From NCBI GenBank assembly GCA_964559985.1, contig CAZLJX010000003.1, forward strand, positions 109,416-173,415: a DNA stretch of 64,000 nucleotides. The letters run 5' to 3'. The stretch is from an uncultured Bacteroidales bacterium. Lineage in GTDB: Bacteria > Bacteroidota > Bacteroidia > Bacteroidales > CAZLJX01. The stretch's first letter is position 1. Every line of letters starts with the position of its first letter. This document shows positions 22,327-32,036 of the stretch, piece by piece. Below the pieces are notes generated by a model. It searched no databases. It was not told where the DNA came from and saw nothing but the letters and a program-made list of their open reading frames with translations. A program made the position numbers and the translations under genes.

Positions 22327-23697
22327 ATGAAATTAAAATCCATGATACTTTTTTATCTTTGTCGCCAAAGAAATTGTACAATGTTGTTTGTTCTGCCTGT
22401 TATCTTTATAGTTGCACTGGCACTAGTAGCTGCAAAGTTGCCGTTTTTCAGGAATACTGGATTGTCTGTAAAAATACTGATTACACTTTTTCTGCTGAAA
22501 GCCGGCATGGCCATTTTGCTTAATGTATTATACACAACATATTATGATCGCGAAACCAGCGACATTTACCGTTATTTCTACGATGGTGAAATTATCTACC
22601 ACGCATTAAAAGAAAATCCGGCCGATTATTTTAAAATGGTGACTGGTATCGGGGGCAATGACCCGGCACTTAACAGGTATTATTACAGCATGGATAACTG
22701 GATAAAGGAATTTGATTTTAACCTGTATAACGAAAACCGCACCATTATTCGTTTTAATGCCATTGCAAGGCTTATTTCGTTTGGCAACATTCATGTTCAT
22801 GCAGTAATTATGGCTTTTTTATCATTCATCGGATGTATTTCCCTTTTTAAAGCATTTAGCAGGTTTATGCCCGAAAAAAAAATTCTGTTGCTTGGCTCTG
22901 TAATGCTTATTCCTTCAGTATTGCTTTGGGGAAGCGGACTGCTGAAAGAAGGAATTATAAGTTTTGCCCTCGGGGTAATGATCTATTGTTTTTTTGAGAT
23001 TTTATACAGAAAAACAAAGGTTTGGTACCTGGTAATTTTTATTTTAAGCATGATGTTGGTTTGGATTACCAAATTCTACGTGTTGCTTTCGGTTCTTCCG
23101 GGTTTACTGAGTTTTGCCGTAATTAAACTCACCCACTCACGCAGAAGTATCCTGATTTTTGCATCCGTTCATGTTCTTTTTTTTCTGATAGGGCTACTGA
23201 TTAAATACATCACACCGTACGATGTTTTCAGCATTATCAGCCTCAAACAGGAAGCATTTATTAAAATGGTGAGTTTCATGCCTGATGTCGGAAGCCCTAT
23301 AAAACTGCCGTTTGTTGATCCCTCGCCTTTCGGAATTTTAAAAATCCTACCCCTGGCACTTTTCAATGCATTTTTTCAGCCGTTACCTGTAAATGCACAT
23401 TCATTACTTATGATGGCCTCATCGGCTGAAAATATTTTCATTTTTGTTTGTCTTATCACGGCATTGATCTTCAGTAAATGGGATCATCAACATCTTTCGC
23501 TGGTGCTGATGGGTTTTTCTTTTACCTTTATCCTGTTCTGGATATGCGGCATGACCACACCGGTGGCCGGAGCCCTTGTGAGGTACAAATCACCCGCATT
23601 GCCATTCCTGCTGATTTCATGCATATTGATTTTTGATGAAAAGAAGATGCTGCGATTTTTAAATTTTATAAAACAAAACATTTTATCCTTGAAATAA
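22327..23697 (+). CDS. Polytopic integral membrane protein, function unknown
   Basis: The track ORF from 22183 overlaps the ubiE N-terminus. A plausible start is ATG 22327 (MKLKSM..) or 22381 (MLFVLPV..). It has about 10 or more hydrophobic segments and no motif I can assign. Confidence 0.6.
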   Translation: MKLKSMILFYLCRQRNCTMLFVLPVIFIVALALVAAKLPFFRNTGLSVKILITLFLLKAGMAILLNVLYTTYYDRETSDIYRYFYDGEIIYHALKENPADYFKMVTGIGGNDPALNRYYYSMDNWIKEFDFNLYNENRTIIRFNAIARLISFGNIHVHAVIMAFLSFIGCISLFKAFSRFMPEKKILLLGSVMLIPSVLLWGSGLLKEGIISFALGVMIYCFFEILYRKTKVWYLVIFILSMMLVWITKFYVLLSVLPGLLSFAVIKLTHSRRSILIFASVHVLFFLIGLLIKYITPYDVFSIISLKQEAFIKMVSFMPDVGSPIKLPFVDPSPFGILKILPLALFNAFFQPLPVNAHSLLMMASSAENIFIFVCLITALIFSKWDHQHLSLVLMGFSFTFILFWICGMTTPVAGALVRYKSPALPFLLISCILIFDEKKMLRFLNFIKQNILSLK

Positions 23698-24456
23698 ATG
23701 AAAAAAACAGTATTAATCACCGGGGCTACTGCTGGTATAGGAGAAGCATGTGCCCGATTATTTGCTTCGGAAAATTATCGTATCATTATCACCGGCCGCA
23801 GAAATGACCGGCTTGAGAAGTTAAAAAAAATCCTGTCAGCAAAAACCGAAATTTTCTCCCTCCATTTTGATATTCAACACTTTGATCAGGTAAAAAAAGC
23901 GCTTTCTTCGCTTCCACAGGAATGGCAACAAACAGATATTCTGATCAATAATGCCGGACTTGCAGCAGGACTTGATGCTTTTGACCAGGCCAATATCGGC
24001 GACTGGGAGCAAATGATTGATACCAATATTAAAGGATTGCTTTATATTTCACGGCTTGTTGCTCCGGGAATGACAGCCCGGAAATCGGGACATATTATTA
24101 ATATAGGTTCAATTGCCGGCAGGGAAGTTTATCCCAATGGAAATGTTTACTGCGCCACCAAATCGGCTGTTGATGCCCTCACAAAAGGTATGCGTCTTGA
24201 CCTGGCAAGGCATGGCATCAGGGTGTCGTCTGTTTGCCCCGGAATGGTTGAAACAGAATTTTCACTGGTCCGATTCAAAGGTGATAAAAAAAGGGCAAAA
24301 TCCGTCTATGATAATTTTGATCCATTGACGCCCGATGATGTGGCACGCACCATTCTTTTTATAGCAAACCAACCTTCCAATGTCAATATTGCCGATGTGC
24401 TTATATTACCAACCATGCAGGCAGGTGCTTCATTTATTTACCGTAACGATAAGTAA
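23698..24456 (+). CDS. Short-chain dehydrogenase/reductase (YdfG-like, NADP-dependent)
   Basis: 252 aa with TGATAGIGEA, NNAG and a YCATK catalytic motif. Confidence 0.88.
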   Translation: MKKTVLITGATAGIGEACARLFASENYRIIITGRRNDRLEKLKKILSAKTEIFSLHFDIQHFDQVKKALSSLPQEWQQTDILINNAGLAAGLDAFDQANIGDWEQMIDTNIKGLLYISRLVAPGMTARKSGHIINIGSIAGREVYPNGNVYCATKSAVDALTKGMRLDLARHGIRVSSVCPGMVETEFSLVRFKGDKKRAKSVYDNFDPLTPDDVARTILFIANQPSNVNIADVLILPTMQAGASFIYRNDK

Positions 24457-24678
24457 AAAAATAATGACCGTCTTGCTGGTTCTTAATACTTTTACCGCTG
24501 GTTTATATTCAACTGGCTTTCGATTTTTCATAAAAATACCACGAAAGTAGTATTTCAACGAGGGAAAAGGATTCCGATATTTGCCATAATAATAACAATA
24601 AAAAAACAGTGAAAAAATTTTATTCTACAAATCAGAATTTTTTTACATCTTTGACCCTAAGTTTAACTTAAATTTTTA

Positions 24679-25086
24679 ATGACTATGAAAAAAATCATTC
24701 TTGCAGCAATTAGTTGTATTGCACTTACTTCGTGTTTAACCATCAACTCTAACATGAGAGAAGGTGTTAAAATGCCGGGTCTTACGGTAAACCGTACAGA
24801 CTATATTCTTACTGATGACCTTACCGCTGAAGCCGAAGTGAAATATATTCTCGGTGGCCTTATCGTTCGCGGCGATGATCCGAAGAATGTAAAAGCTGGC
24901 AGCCTTGGTGGTATGACAGCCTCACGTGACGAACAGCTTGCTATTTACAATTTGCTCGAAAAAAATCCGCAAATTGACTATGTAACCAATGTCCGTTACC
25001 AGAAATCTTATGTGAAAAAAATCTTCTCGAAAACTTTTAAAACCAAAGTTATTGCCAAAGGTATTATTCTGAAGACTGATAAATAA
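24679..25086 (+). CDS. Small lipoprotein, unknown family (paralogue 1)
   Basis: 135 aa with a signal peptide and lipobox (ALTSC). Its C-terminal blocks are shared with the next gene. Confidence 0.65.
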   Translation: MTMKKIILAAISCIALTSCLTINSNMREGVKMPGLTVNRTDYILTDDLTAEAEVKYILGGLIVRGDDPKNVKAGSLGGMTASRDEQLAIYNLLEKNPQIDYVTNVRYQKSYVKKIFSKTFKTKVIAKGIILKTDK

Positions 25087-25135
25087 TAAGGTAATTTAGT
25101 GTAAATCAATGTTTAATCTTAAAAAATTTTCGATT

Positions 25136-25660
25136 ATGAAAATAAAAACCATCATTTTAATTGCACTGGTTACCTTGGCTGGCTCAACATTTCAATCATG
25201 TACTGTAAACATGACCCAGAAAGAAATAAGGGTTATGCCAATACATTTTAACCAGCTTGCCAGAACAGACTATACCATTGTAGGTAACCTCAAAGCTGAA
25301 GCCACAGTTACAAAAGACAAAAAAGGCAACCTGAAAGGCGATGCTGCCAAAAATTATAAAATGGGCGATTTTAACGACCTGATAAGCAAAGAAATATTTA
25401 TCCCTGCCACACAGGAAGCACCAAAATCACCGCTGGCTAAGTTTTTTGAAGCCCTTAAGCTCATTGCAAAACCTATGGCTGGCATCAAACGCGATGCTGC
25501 TGCCGACTTTGCCATGTACGCATTGTTCGAAAAATATCCTGATATTGACTATTTTACTAATGTTCGTTTCGAACGCCGTAAAGTAATTTCAGGTGCCGGT
25601 ATTGTTGAAACCATTTATGTTACTGCCACCGGTATTGAACTCAAAACCGACAAACAGTAA
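25136..25660 (+). CDS. Small lipoprotein, unknown family (paralogue 2)
   Basis: The track ORF starts at 25109, but the likely start is Met10 (MKIKTIILIALVTLAGSTFQSC, ATG 25136). It shares RTDY..L.AEA.V, P.IDY.TNVR and GI.LKTDK blocks with the previous gene. Confidence 0.65.
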   Translation: MKIKTIILIALVTLAGSTFQSCTVNMTQKEIRVMPIHFNQLARTDYTIVGNLKAEATVTKDKKGNLKGDAAKNYKMGDFNDLISKEIFIPATQEAPKSPLAKFFEALKLIAKPMAGIKRDAAADFAMYALFEKYPDIDYFTNVRFERRKVISGAGIVETIYVTATGIELKTDKQ

Positions 25661-25677
25661 TTTCAGACCAAATGATT

Positions 25678-25707
25678 AAAAGCCGCTCCGCAAGGTGCGG
25701 CTTTTTT
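25678..25707. terminator. Bidirectional terminator hairpin between the lipoprotein pair and ddl
   Basis: AAAAGCCGC-tccgcaaggt-GCGGCTTTTTT. A-run on the left and T-run on the right. Its right end overlaps the ddl stop codon (25706..25708). Confidence 0.7.
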
Positions 25708-26692
25708 ATTTTCTCCCTGTTGCATCATTAATCAGCAATTCAATAAATTGCCCCATAGATACCCCTGAAGTCCTGACCTGTTTGGGGACAATACTCGCTG
25801 CGCTCATTCCGGGAACAGTATTTACCTCAATAAAATTAAATATCCCGTTACGTAAAATATAATCGATACGTACAACACCATTACAGCCCAAAAGGTCATA
25901 AATTTTCAGGCTAAGATGCTGACATTGTTCAATTTGTTCCTGAGAAAGCCTTGCAGGTGTTATCTCTTCTGATTTGCCATCGGTATATTTGGCTTCGTAG
26001 TCGAAAAATTCGTTTTTTGGAATAACCTCGGTCGGGGGTAAAAAATATGGTTTACCATTTAACCTGCTTATGCCACAGGTAATTTCATTACCATCAACAA
26101 ATTCTTCGGCAATGGCCTCATTGTCATGCTTAAAAGCTTTGTTCAGTGCTTCAAACACATCATTTGATTGTTTCACTTTCGATGCACCAAAACTTGACCC
26201 TCCGTTATTTGGCTTGATAAATAATGGCAAACCCAAATGACCTGAAAGGTCTGATGGATCGATAATGTCATTTTTCCTGATCAGCAAGGCTTTGGGTGTA
26301 TGTATTTCAAATGCTTTCAGGTAAGCTTTGCAGGCAAATTTATTAAAGGTCAATGCTGAAACAAACATATTACAGGTAGTTACAGGGATTCCGAGCAAAG
26401 TGAAATATGCCTGCAAAAAACCATCCTCGCCCGGATTGCCGTGAATGGCCATCAGGACACAATCGAAAAGTATTTTACGGCCATCAATATGGAGGCTGAA
26501 ATCGTTTTTATCAATGTGAAAAACCCTTCCATCGTGCAGCGTACAGCTCCATTCAAGACCATTGACTTTTATGAGCCAAAGCTCAAATTTATGCGGATCA
26601 ATTTCTTTTATCAGCGATTCGGCACTCTTGACCGAAATAACAGATTCGGATGAGTTACCACCAGCCAGCAACGCGATTGATTTACGGCTCAT
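25706..26692 (-). CDS. ddl: D-alanine--D-alanine ligase
   Basis: 328 aa of ATP-grasp Ddl sequence (LLAGGNSSESVISVKSA, HGNPGEDGFLQ, VNTVPGMS). Confidence 0.93.
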   Translation of the reverse strand: MSRKSIALLAGGNSSESVISVKSAESLIKEIDPHKFELWLIKVNGLEWSCTLHDGRVFHIDKNDFSLHIDGRKILFDCVLMAIHGNPGEDGFLQAYFTLLGIPVTTCNMFVSALTFNKFACKAYLKAFEIHTPKALLIRKNDIIDPSDLSGHLGLPLFIKPNNGGSSFGASKVKQSNDVFEALNKAFKHDNEAIAEEFVDGNEITCGISRLNGKPYFLPPTEVIPKNEFFDYEAKYTDGKSEEITPARLSQEQIEQCQHLSLKIYDLLGCNGVVRIDYILRNGIFNFIEVNTVPGMSAASIVPKQVRTSGVSMGQFIELLINDATGRK

Positions 26693-26760
26693 TTTAAAAC
26701 ACTTTTATTAATTTAACTTCCTGAATTTTCATTACGAAAAAAAGTAAAATAAATCACTAT

Positions 26761-27831
26761 TTATCTTGTCAAGGCATAATTTTCCCATTTATTGATCAGA
26801 TTCTGCATGTCAGAAGGTAAATCAGCCTCAAACTTCATAAATCTACCCCCGGAAGGATGATAAAAACCAATTTCCCTGGCATGTAAGGCCTGCCGCGGGC
26901 AAATTTCAAAACAATTGGCAATATATTGTTTATAAGCTTGTGTATTAAGCCCTTTCAATATTTTATCCCCTCCGTACTCCCAGTCATTAAAAAGCGGATG
27001 ACCGATATATTTCATATGAACCCTTATCTGATGGGTTCTGCCGGTTTCGAGACTGCATTCAACCAGTGAAACATAATGAAAATCTTTCACCACTTTAAAG
27101 TGGGTAATGGCATGACGGCCAAAAGATCCATCGGGATATACGTCCATCACTTTTCGGTCGCGCAGGCTTCGCCCGATATGGCCGCTTATTGTTCCTTCAG
27201 GTTCTTTAAAAATTCCCCATACCAAAGCATGATAACGACGATGGGTGGTATGGTCAAAAAATTGCTTTGCAAGTTTATATTTGGCCAGTTCATTCTTAGC
27301 CACAACCAGCAACCCTGAAGTATTTTTATCGATTCGATGTACCAGTCCCGGACGAAGGTTATCGGTGCCAAACATCGGTAAATCTTTATAGTGCCATGCC
27401 AGTGCATTGACCAGTGTTCCGGTATGGTTTCCCACACCGGGATGCACCACCATTCCGGCTTCTTTATTGATAACTACCAGGTCATCATCCTCATATACGA
27501 TATTTATCGGGATATTTTCAGGAATAAGTTCTATTTCGCGTGGCGGATATGCCAGAACAATACTTATTACATCATGCGGCTTGATTTTATAATTTGATTT
27601 CGACGGTTTACCATTAACAATAATATTACCTGCATCGGCAGCAGCCTGAATTTTAGTTCGTGAAATAAAAGGAATTTTATGGGTCAGGAATTTATCAAGC
27701 CGCATCAGCCCTTGTCCTTTATCAACAATAAAGCGATGATGTTCAAATAAATCAGCTTCTTCATCCGGTTGATCATTCGCTTCTGGCTGTTCATCAGCCT
27801 GGTAAGCGGATAAGAAAAGCTCCTCGCTCAT
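26761..27831 (-). CDS. rluD: RluA/RluD-family 23S rRNA pseudouridine synthase
   Basis: 356 aa with an S4 domain and the catalytic HRIDKNTSGLLV motif. Confidence 0.9.
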   Translation of the reverse strand: MSEELFLSAYQADEQPEANDQPDEEADLFEHHRFIVDKGQGLMRLDKFLTHKIPFISRTKIQAAADAGNIIVNGKPSKSNYKIKPHDVISIVLAYPPREIELIPENIPINIVYEDDDLVVINKEAGMVVHPGVGNHTGTLVNALAWHYKDLPMFGTDNLRPGLVHRIDKNTSGLLVVAKNELAKYKLAKQFFDHTTHRRYHALVWGIFKEPEGTISGHIGRSLRDRKVMDVYPDGSFGRHAITHFKVVKDFHYVSLVECSLETGRTHQIRVHMKYIGHPLFNDWEYGGDKILKGLNTQAYKQYIANCFEICPRQALHAREIGFYHPSGGRFMKFEADLPSDMQNLINKWENYALTR

Positions 27832-27837
27832 ATCGGG

Positions 27838-29661
27838 TCAGTGTGCAATGGTTATTTTTACTATTTTTTTATAACCACCAGGCATTTCAATGTGTAAAAA
27901 ATATAAACCCGAAGGCAGGTTACCAACAATAATATGATTCCCGGAACAGGTATTTTTTTCAACCATTTTGCCCTGAATATTGAAAATGCTGTAACTCATC
28001 CATCCATTGATTCCTGAAATCCAGAATTCATTGTTTCCAGGATTGGGATATACAACAATATTTTTATCATTACTTTCTTTAATAACAGATGATATTTTTT
28101 TCCCTATTCTTGGTCTGATCAACAGGCTACCTGACGAAGCATATGCCGATGGTTGCCAGCTTCCGCCAAGATTGACAAAGATACGGTTCGTCGCTTTAAA
28201 ATTCCGGTCAAACCCTACGTTTAATTTATCGGCGGTGGTCTGTTCCCATCCTACAAAAAATAATCCACTTACAAAAACCGGTGTGTCAAGAACATAAGTT
28301 ACAAACTGATTAAACCCATCGCCGTAGGATGGCCTGACATTCCGTTTCTGGTAAATAACCTGGTCGGGCATGTTATCTGCTGCACTCCATACGGTGAGAT
28401 GAAAAAACTGTTGGCTGGCATTGTTTTTTGTACGGTTAAAAAAGAAGTCAACGGCACGCAACGTATCGTCAATATAACTGTTGAAGCGATAAGCAAGCTT
28501 AGCTGTCTCAGAATCAATGCCATAACCGTTCTCTGCCGATCCGTCATCATAGGCATAATAATCTTTGAAATCCTGGATAAGAAAAGCCCGGTTATTGGGT
28601 TTATAATCATATTCATCGGTAATGATGCGGGTTTCAACCTGAAAACGGGCCGAATCATCAAGATTCAGCGGGAAAGGCACATCATCGAAAGGATAGCTAA
28701 AATAAGAAAAACTATATGGAGCATAATTATCGGCAACCAGGTATGCAGAATCAATCAAAGTTGAATGCAACATATCTTTTATAAAATACTGGGTAGTGAC
28801 ATTGCGGACAATACTGTCATTATTCAGGAAACTGAAACTGACCGATCCCAGTTCGGCACTGTGGGCAACAAAATAATGTTTCCAGGGCATGGATGAGTAA
28901 GTATTGAGCAAAGGTTCGGAAGCACTTGTAAAGGCAACGTCATGAAGGGTGGTATCGGAAATAAAACGCGATTTTGCCAGTTTTATGTAATCGAGATTCC
29001 ACTGGTCGCAATTACCTCCCGAGGCAGGGTCGAATGAACCGGCAATGCTGGCTTTATTTTTAAAACGGAACCTGAATCCTTTCACCAGGTATTCAGGCTC
29101 GGTAATGGGTATCATTGTCTGTTTAAAAGGTTGAAGCGTTTTCCCGGCAGCCGACCATTTTTTATTCCACAGTCCGGTTGCGGGTGAAAAAAACTCGAGT
29201 ATAAGGCTGTCAGCAGTTTCGGGTGCATTACCGTTTCCCTGAGGCTGGTAAAAAAAACTAAGGTATATACTGTCTTTTGCCTGGTAGGCAAGATTAACCG
29301 GCAATGAAGTAAGCCTGTCGGCTTCAAAAGGATTGGTTTCGGCAAAACTGTACAATAAACCCTGGGCGTCTATAATATCAAATGTAGCAACGCCCGTTGA
29401 ACGTGGGTTAACAGCAAATGAATTATTTACAAAAACATACCGGTCGGCCCATTTTGTTGAATCGGGATATGGCCCCGGATAACTGAAATCGTCGAAAAAA
29501 GGAATTTCAATGGTATCAGATGTAAACGATTTTTTCGAAAAATCAGGTTGTTGCGATAGTATCCTGTTCTCGGCCAGACCCGTCAGCACTTCCTGGCCAT
29601 AAAGACGGCAAAAAGATGAGATTGCTGTAAAAACCAGGAATAATAAAAATTGATTATTCAT
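27838..29661 (-). CDS. T9SS-secreted protein of unknown function (C-terminal Por sorting domain)
   Basis: The C-terminus VVYPNPGNNEFWISG...LPSGLYFLHIEMPGGYKKIVKITIAH matches the T9SS CTD pattern. The likely start is Met14 (MNNQFLLFLVF, 29661), not the TTG at 29700, and it has a signal peptide. Confidence 0.75.
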   Translation of the reverse strand: MNNQFLLFLVFTAISSFCRLYGQEVLTGLAENRILSQQPDFSKKSFTSDTIEIPFFDDFSYPGPYPDSTKWADRYVFVNNSFAVNPRSTGVATFDIIDAQGLLYSFAETNPFEADRLTSLPVNLAYQAKDSIYLSFFYQPQGNGNAPETADSLILEFFSPATGLWNKKWSAAGKTLQPFKQTMIPITEPEYLVKGFRFRFKNKASIAGSFDPASGGNCDQWNLDYIKLAKSRFISDTTLHDVAFTSASEPLLNTYSSMPWKHYFVAHSAELGSVSFSFLNNDSIVRNVTTQYFIKDMLHSTLIDSAYLVADNYAPYSFSYFSYPFDDVPFPLNLDDSARFQVETRIITDEYDYKPNNRAFLIQDFKDYYAYDDGSAENGYGIDSETAKLAYRFNSYIDDTLRAVDFFFNRTKNNASQQFFHLTVWSAADNMPDQVIYQKRNVRPSYGDGFNQFVTYVLDTPVFVSGLFFVGWEQTTADKLNVGFDRNFKATNRIFVNLGGSWQPSAYASSGSLLIRPRIGKKISSVIKESNDKNIVVYPNPGNNEFWISGINGWMSYSIFNIQGKMVEKNTCSGNHIIVGNLPSGLYFLHIEMPGGYKKIVKITIAH

Positions 29662-30472
29662 GAGCCCGGATGTTATATAGCAATGAATCGGCCTGTGCAA
29701 GTTTCACAGAATCAATGGTAAGCCACAAATCGACAAATGAGCCGAGGTTGAGTTTTGAACCGGGTTCCGGAAGTTGTTTCCAGATAAGGGCATTAAGCGA
29801 ATCGGAACTATTTTTAACTGAATTATCATAAATAGCAGCACCGACATTAAGATATAGTTCAAAAATTTTATCCGAAGCCTGAATAAATGATCTTCCTATT
29901 AAAGGTGGTACTTTTGTAAGCTGGTCGGAATAACCACGTCCCACCACCACATCAATGGCCGATCCTTTATCTACCAGCTGACCTTCTTCAATGGTACGTC
30001 CCTGGTATCGCTGTTCAAGGATATTATTCTGGGCAAAATCAGGTACATAGATCAGCTTTCCGATCCGAAGCCCGTTGCTCTCCAGAATAGCCTGACCCTG
30101 ACGCAATGAAACGCCAACAATTCTGACCATCCTGACTTTTGGAACCGAAAAAGCATTGATGATTAAAAAAACGGTCCTGTTTTGTTTGACCTTAAACCCG
30201 GGATCGGGATTCTGATCTACGACAGAACCCCTGGGAGCATCATTCTGAAAAATGGAATCGGTAACCACCACCCGTAATCTGTGGTGTGCTGCAAGTTTAG
30301 CAGCATCTTCAATGGTCATTCCTTTAAAACTGGGGACAGGATAAGCCTGACCATGAAGGGTATAAATACGTAGCCAGATGATAATTATAATTATCAAAAC
30401 AAAAAAACCAATCAGGATATAGCCTACATGCTTTAAAAACAATTTGCTGGTCAAAAATTTTAACAGTTCCAT
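29654..30472 (-). CDS. PASTA domain-containing membrane protein
   Basis: 272 aa with an N-terminal TM helix followed by repeated PASTA-like units (VPSFKGMTIEDAAKL, VPKVRMVRIVGVSLRQG, VPPLIGRSF). Confidence 0.75.
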   Translation of the reverse strand: MELLKFLTSKLFLKHVGYILIGFFVLIIIIIIWLRIYTLHGQAYPVPSFKGMTIEDAAKLAAHHRLRVVVTDSIFQNDAPRGSVVDQNPDPGFKVKQNRTVFLIINAFSVPKVRMVRIVGVSLRQGQAILESNGLRIGKLIYVPDFAQNNILEQRYQGRTIEEGQLVDKGSAIDVVVGRGYSDQLTKVPPLIGRSFIQASDKIFELYLNVGAAIYDNSVKNSSDSLNALIWKQLPEPGSKLNLGSFVDLWLTIDSVKLAQADSLLYNIRAHE

Positions 30473-30529
30473 TGTAGTGAGCGATAATTTTGAGCAAATA
30501 TAATTTTTTTAAGCACTAATCGGTAAACG

Positions 30530-31627
30530 TTACCCTTGCTTATTTATTATATGGTATAATGAATCGCGTTCAACCGGTATAAAACCGTTGCGGCTGATCA
30601 TTCCACTGATTTCGTCGGTTGTCATCACCGGGTTTTGTTCGGCTGCACCTGCCATAGCATAAATTCTGGTGCTGTCGTCAATGGTTCCATCCAGATCGTC
30701 TACACCAAACCAAAGGCTCATGGTGGCTGTTTCTTTGCCGGTCATAGGCCAGTATGCTTTTAAATGAGGTATATTATCGAGGAAAATACGCGAAATGGCA
30801 TAATTTTTAAGTTCTTCAGATGGCGACACTTCTTTAATATTATCCATCTGGTTGTTTTTTGAAGTGAATTTTAAAGGTACAAAACAGTTAAATCCTCCGG
30901 TTTCGTCCTGCAAACGCCTTAATTGTTCAAGGTGATGCAGGCGGTGTGAAATATTTTCAATATGACCAAACAACATGGTAGCATTGGAAGGTATCCCCAG
31001 CATATGAGCTTTACGGTGAATTCCGAGCCATCGATCCCCGCTGATTTTATCGGGGCAAATCAATTTTCTGATTTCAGGATCAAAAATTTCAGCACCACCT
31101 CCCGGAAGGGTTTTTAAACCCGCCTGTTTCAGCATTTTTAAACCTGTTTCATCGCTCACACCCGATTTTTCGAACATATAAGCAAGCTCAACCGCTGTAA
31201 AAGCCTTGATATTGAGGGCCGGAAACTGATCATGAATAGTTTGCAGCAGGGCAACATAGTAATCAAGCCCCCGGTCGGGATGCACCCCGCCAACAATATG
31301 AACTTCGGTAATTTCATTGGTTACCGAACGAGAAATGAGTGCTGTAATTTCTTCAAGACTCATCACCCAGCAACCTTCATCTCCGGGTTTACGGCTGTAT
31401 GAACAAAAACGACAATGATTGATACAGATATTGGTTGGTTCGATATGAATGTTACGGTTGTAAAATACATAATCGCCGCTTAATCGTCTTTTCACATCAA
31501 GGGCAAACATCCCCAGATCTCCCGGGGAAGCATAATTATAAAGGGTTTCAGCCTCTTCGACCGATATTCTTTTACCCTGGCGTATTTTTTTAAAAACTGC
31601 CTGACAACTTTTTGCCTGGTTTGACAT
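30530..31627 (-). CDS. Radical SAM enzyme, CofH/MqnE/MqnC family (futalosine-route menaquinone biosynthesis)
   Basis: 365 aa with a CxxxCxxC cluster (NICINHCRFCSY). Overall MqnE/MqnC-like sequence. I cannot tell MqnE from MqnC by eye. Confidence 0.75.
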   Translation of the reverse strand: MSNQAKSCQAVFKKIRQGKRISVEEAETLYNYASPGDLGMFALDVKRRLSGDYVFYNRNIHIEPTNICINHCRFCSYSRKPGDEGCWVMSLEEITALISRSVTNEITEVHIVGGVHPDRGLDYYVALLQTIHDQFPALNIKAFTAVELAYMFEKSGVSDETGLKMLKQAGLKTLPGGGAEIFDPEIRKLICPDKISGDRWLGIHRKAHMLGIPSNATMLFGHIENISHRLHHLEQLRRLQDETGGFNCFVPLKFTSKNNQMDNIKEVSPSEELKNYAISRIFLDNIPHLKAYWPMTGKETATMSLWFGVDDLDGTIDDSTRIYAMAGAAEQNPVMTTDEISGMISRNGFIPVERDSLYHIINKQG

Positions 31628-31667
31628 GATATCGTTTTAAACCATTAAGATTATTATTCCGGTACTT

Positions 31668-31709
31668 AAATAAACAGCAAAGAGCAAAAAGTGTTTCTCC
31701 TTTTGCTCT
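31668..31709 (-). terminator. Terminator after rpmH
   Basis: 9-bp stem AGAGCAAAA/TTTTGCTCT (31681..31689 and 31701..31709). On the minus strand it is followed by TTGCTGTTTATTT. It starts 26 nt after the rpmH stop. Confidence 0.55.
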
Positions 31710-31734
31710 TTGCCATTCATGTAGGGGAACAAAT

Positions 31735-31893
31735 TTATTTCCGGCCTTTCTGTTCGTCAGAAACCGTGAGTTTTTTTCTTCCTTTTGCCCTGCGGGCTGC
31801 CAACACTTTACGGCCAGAAAGGGTTGACATTCTTTCTCTGAAACCGTGTTTGTTCTTACGCTTCCGGTTCGAAGGCTGAAATGTTCTTTTCAT
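31735..31893 (-). CDS. rpmH: 50S ribosomal protein L34
   Basis: Missing from the track (52 aa, under its 60-aa floor). My translation from ATG 31893 gives [52 protein letters not shown], stop TAA at 31737..31735. This is the canonical L34 sequence. Confidence 0.93.
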   Translation of the reverse strand: MKRTFQPSNRKRKNKHGFRERMSTLSGRKVLAARRAKGRKKLTVSDEQKGRK

Positions 31894-31988
31894 TATCCGT
31901 TATTTTTTACTTTGTTAATATATCCTGCAAAATTTAAAATCCATCAGAAAGAGTCTGTTGTAACAAACCGGAATTTCCGATCGGACTG

Positions 31989-32019
31989 CAAAAGTAAATC
32001 TTTTTAATTAATTAACAAA
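31989..32019 (-). promoter_or_regulatory. Bacteroidota-type promoter upstream of rpmH
   Basis: The minus strand reads TTTG-N19-TACTTTTG followed by CAGTCC, the same extended motif as the rpsU promoter. It implies a leader of about 90 nt. Confidence 0.4.
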
Positions 32020-32036
32020 TTTTTGTTGAATGAACT

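Noticed and set aside
24517-24547. The hairpin CTTTCG-ATTTTT-cat-AAAAAT-acca-CGAAAG downstream of the SDR gene.
   Set aside because: It is mostly A:T pairs with an asymmetric bulge and no U-tract, which is not convincing as a terminator or RNA element.
31691-31879. The 62-aa plus-strand ORF.
   Set aside because: It is the antisense shadow of the canonical rpmH (L34) gene on the minus strand.
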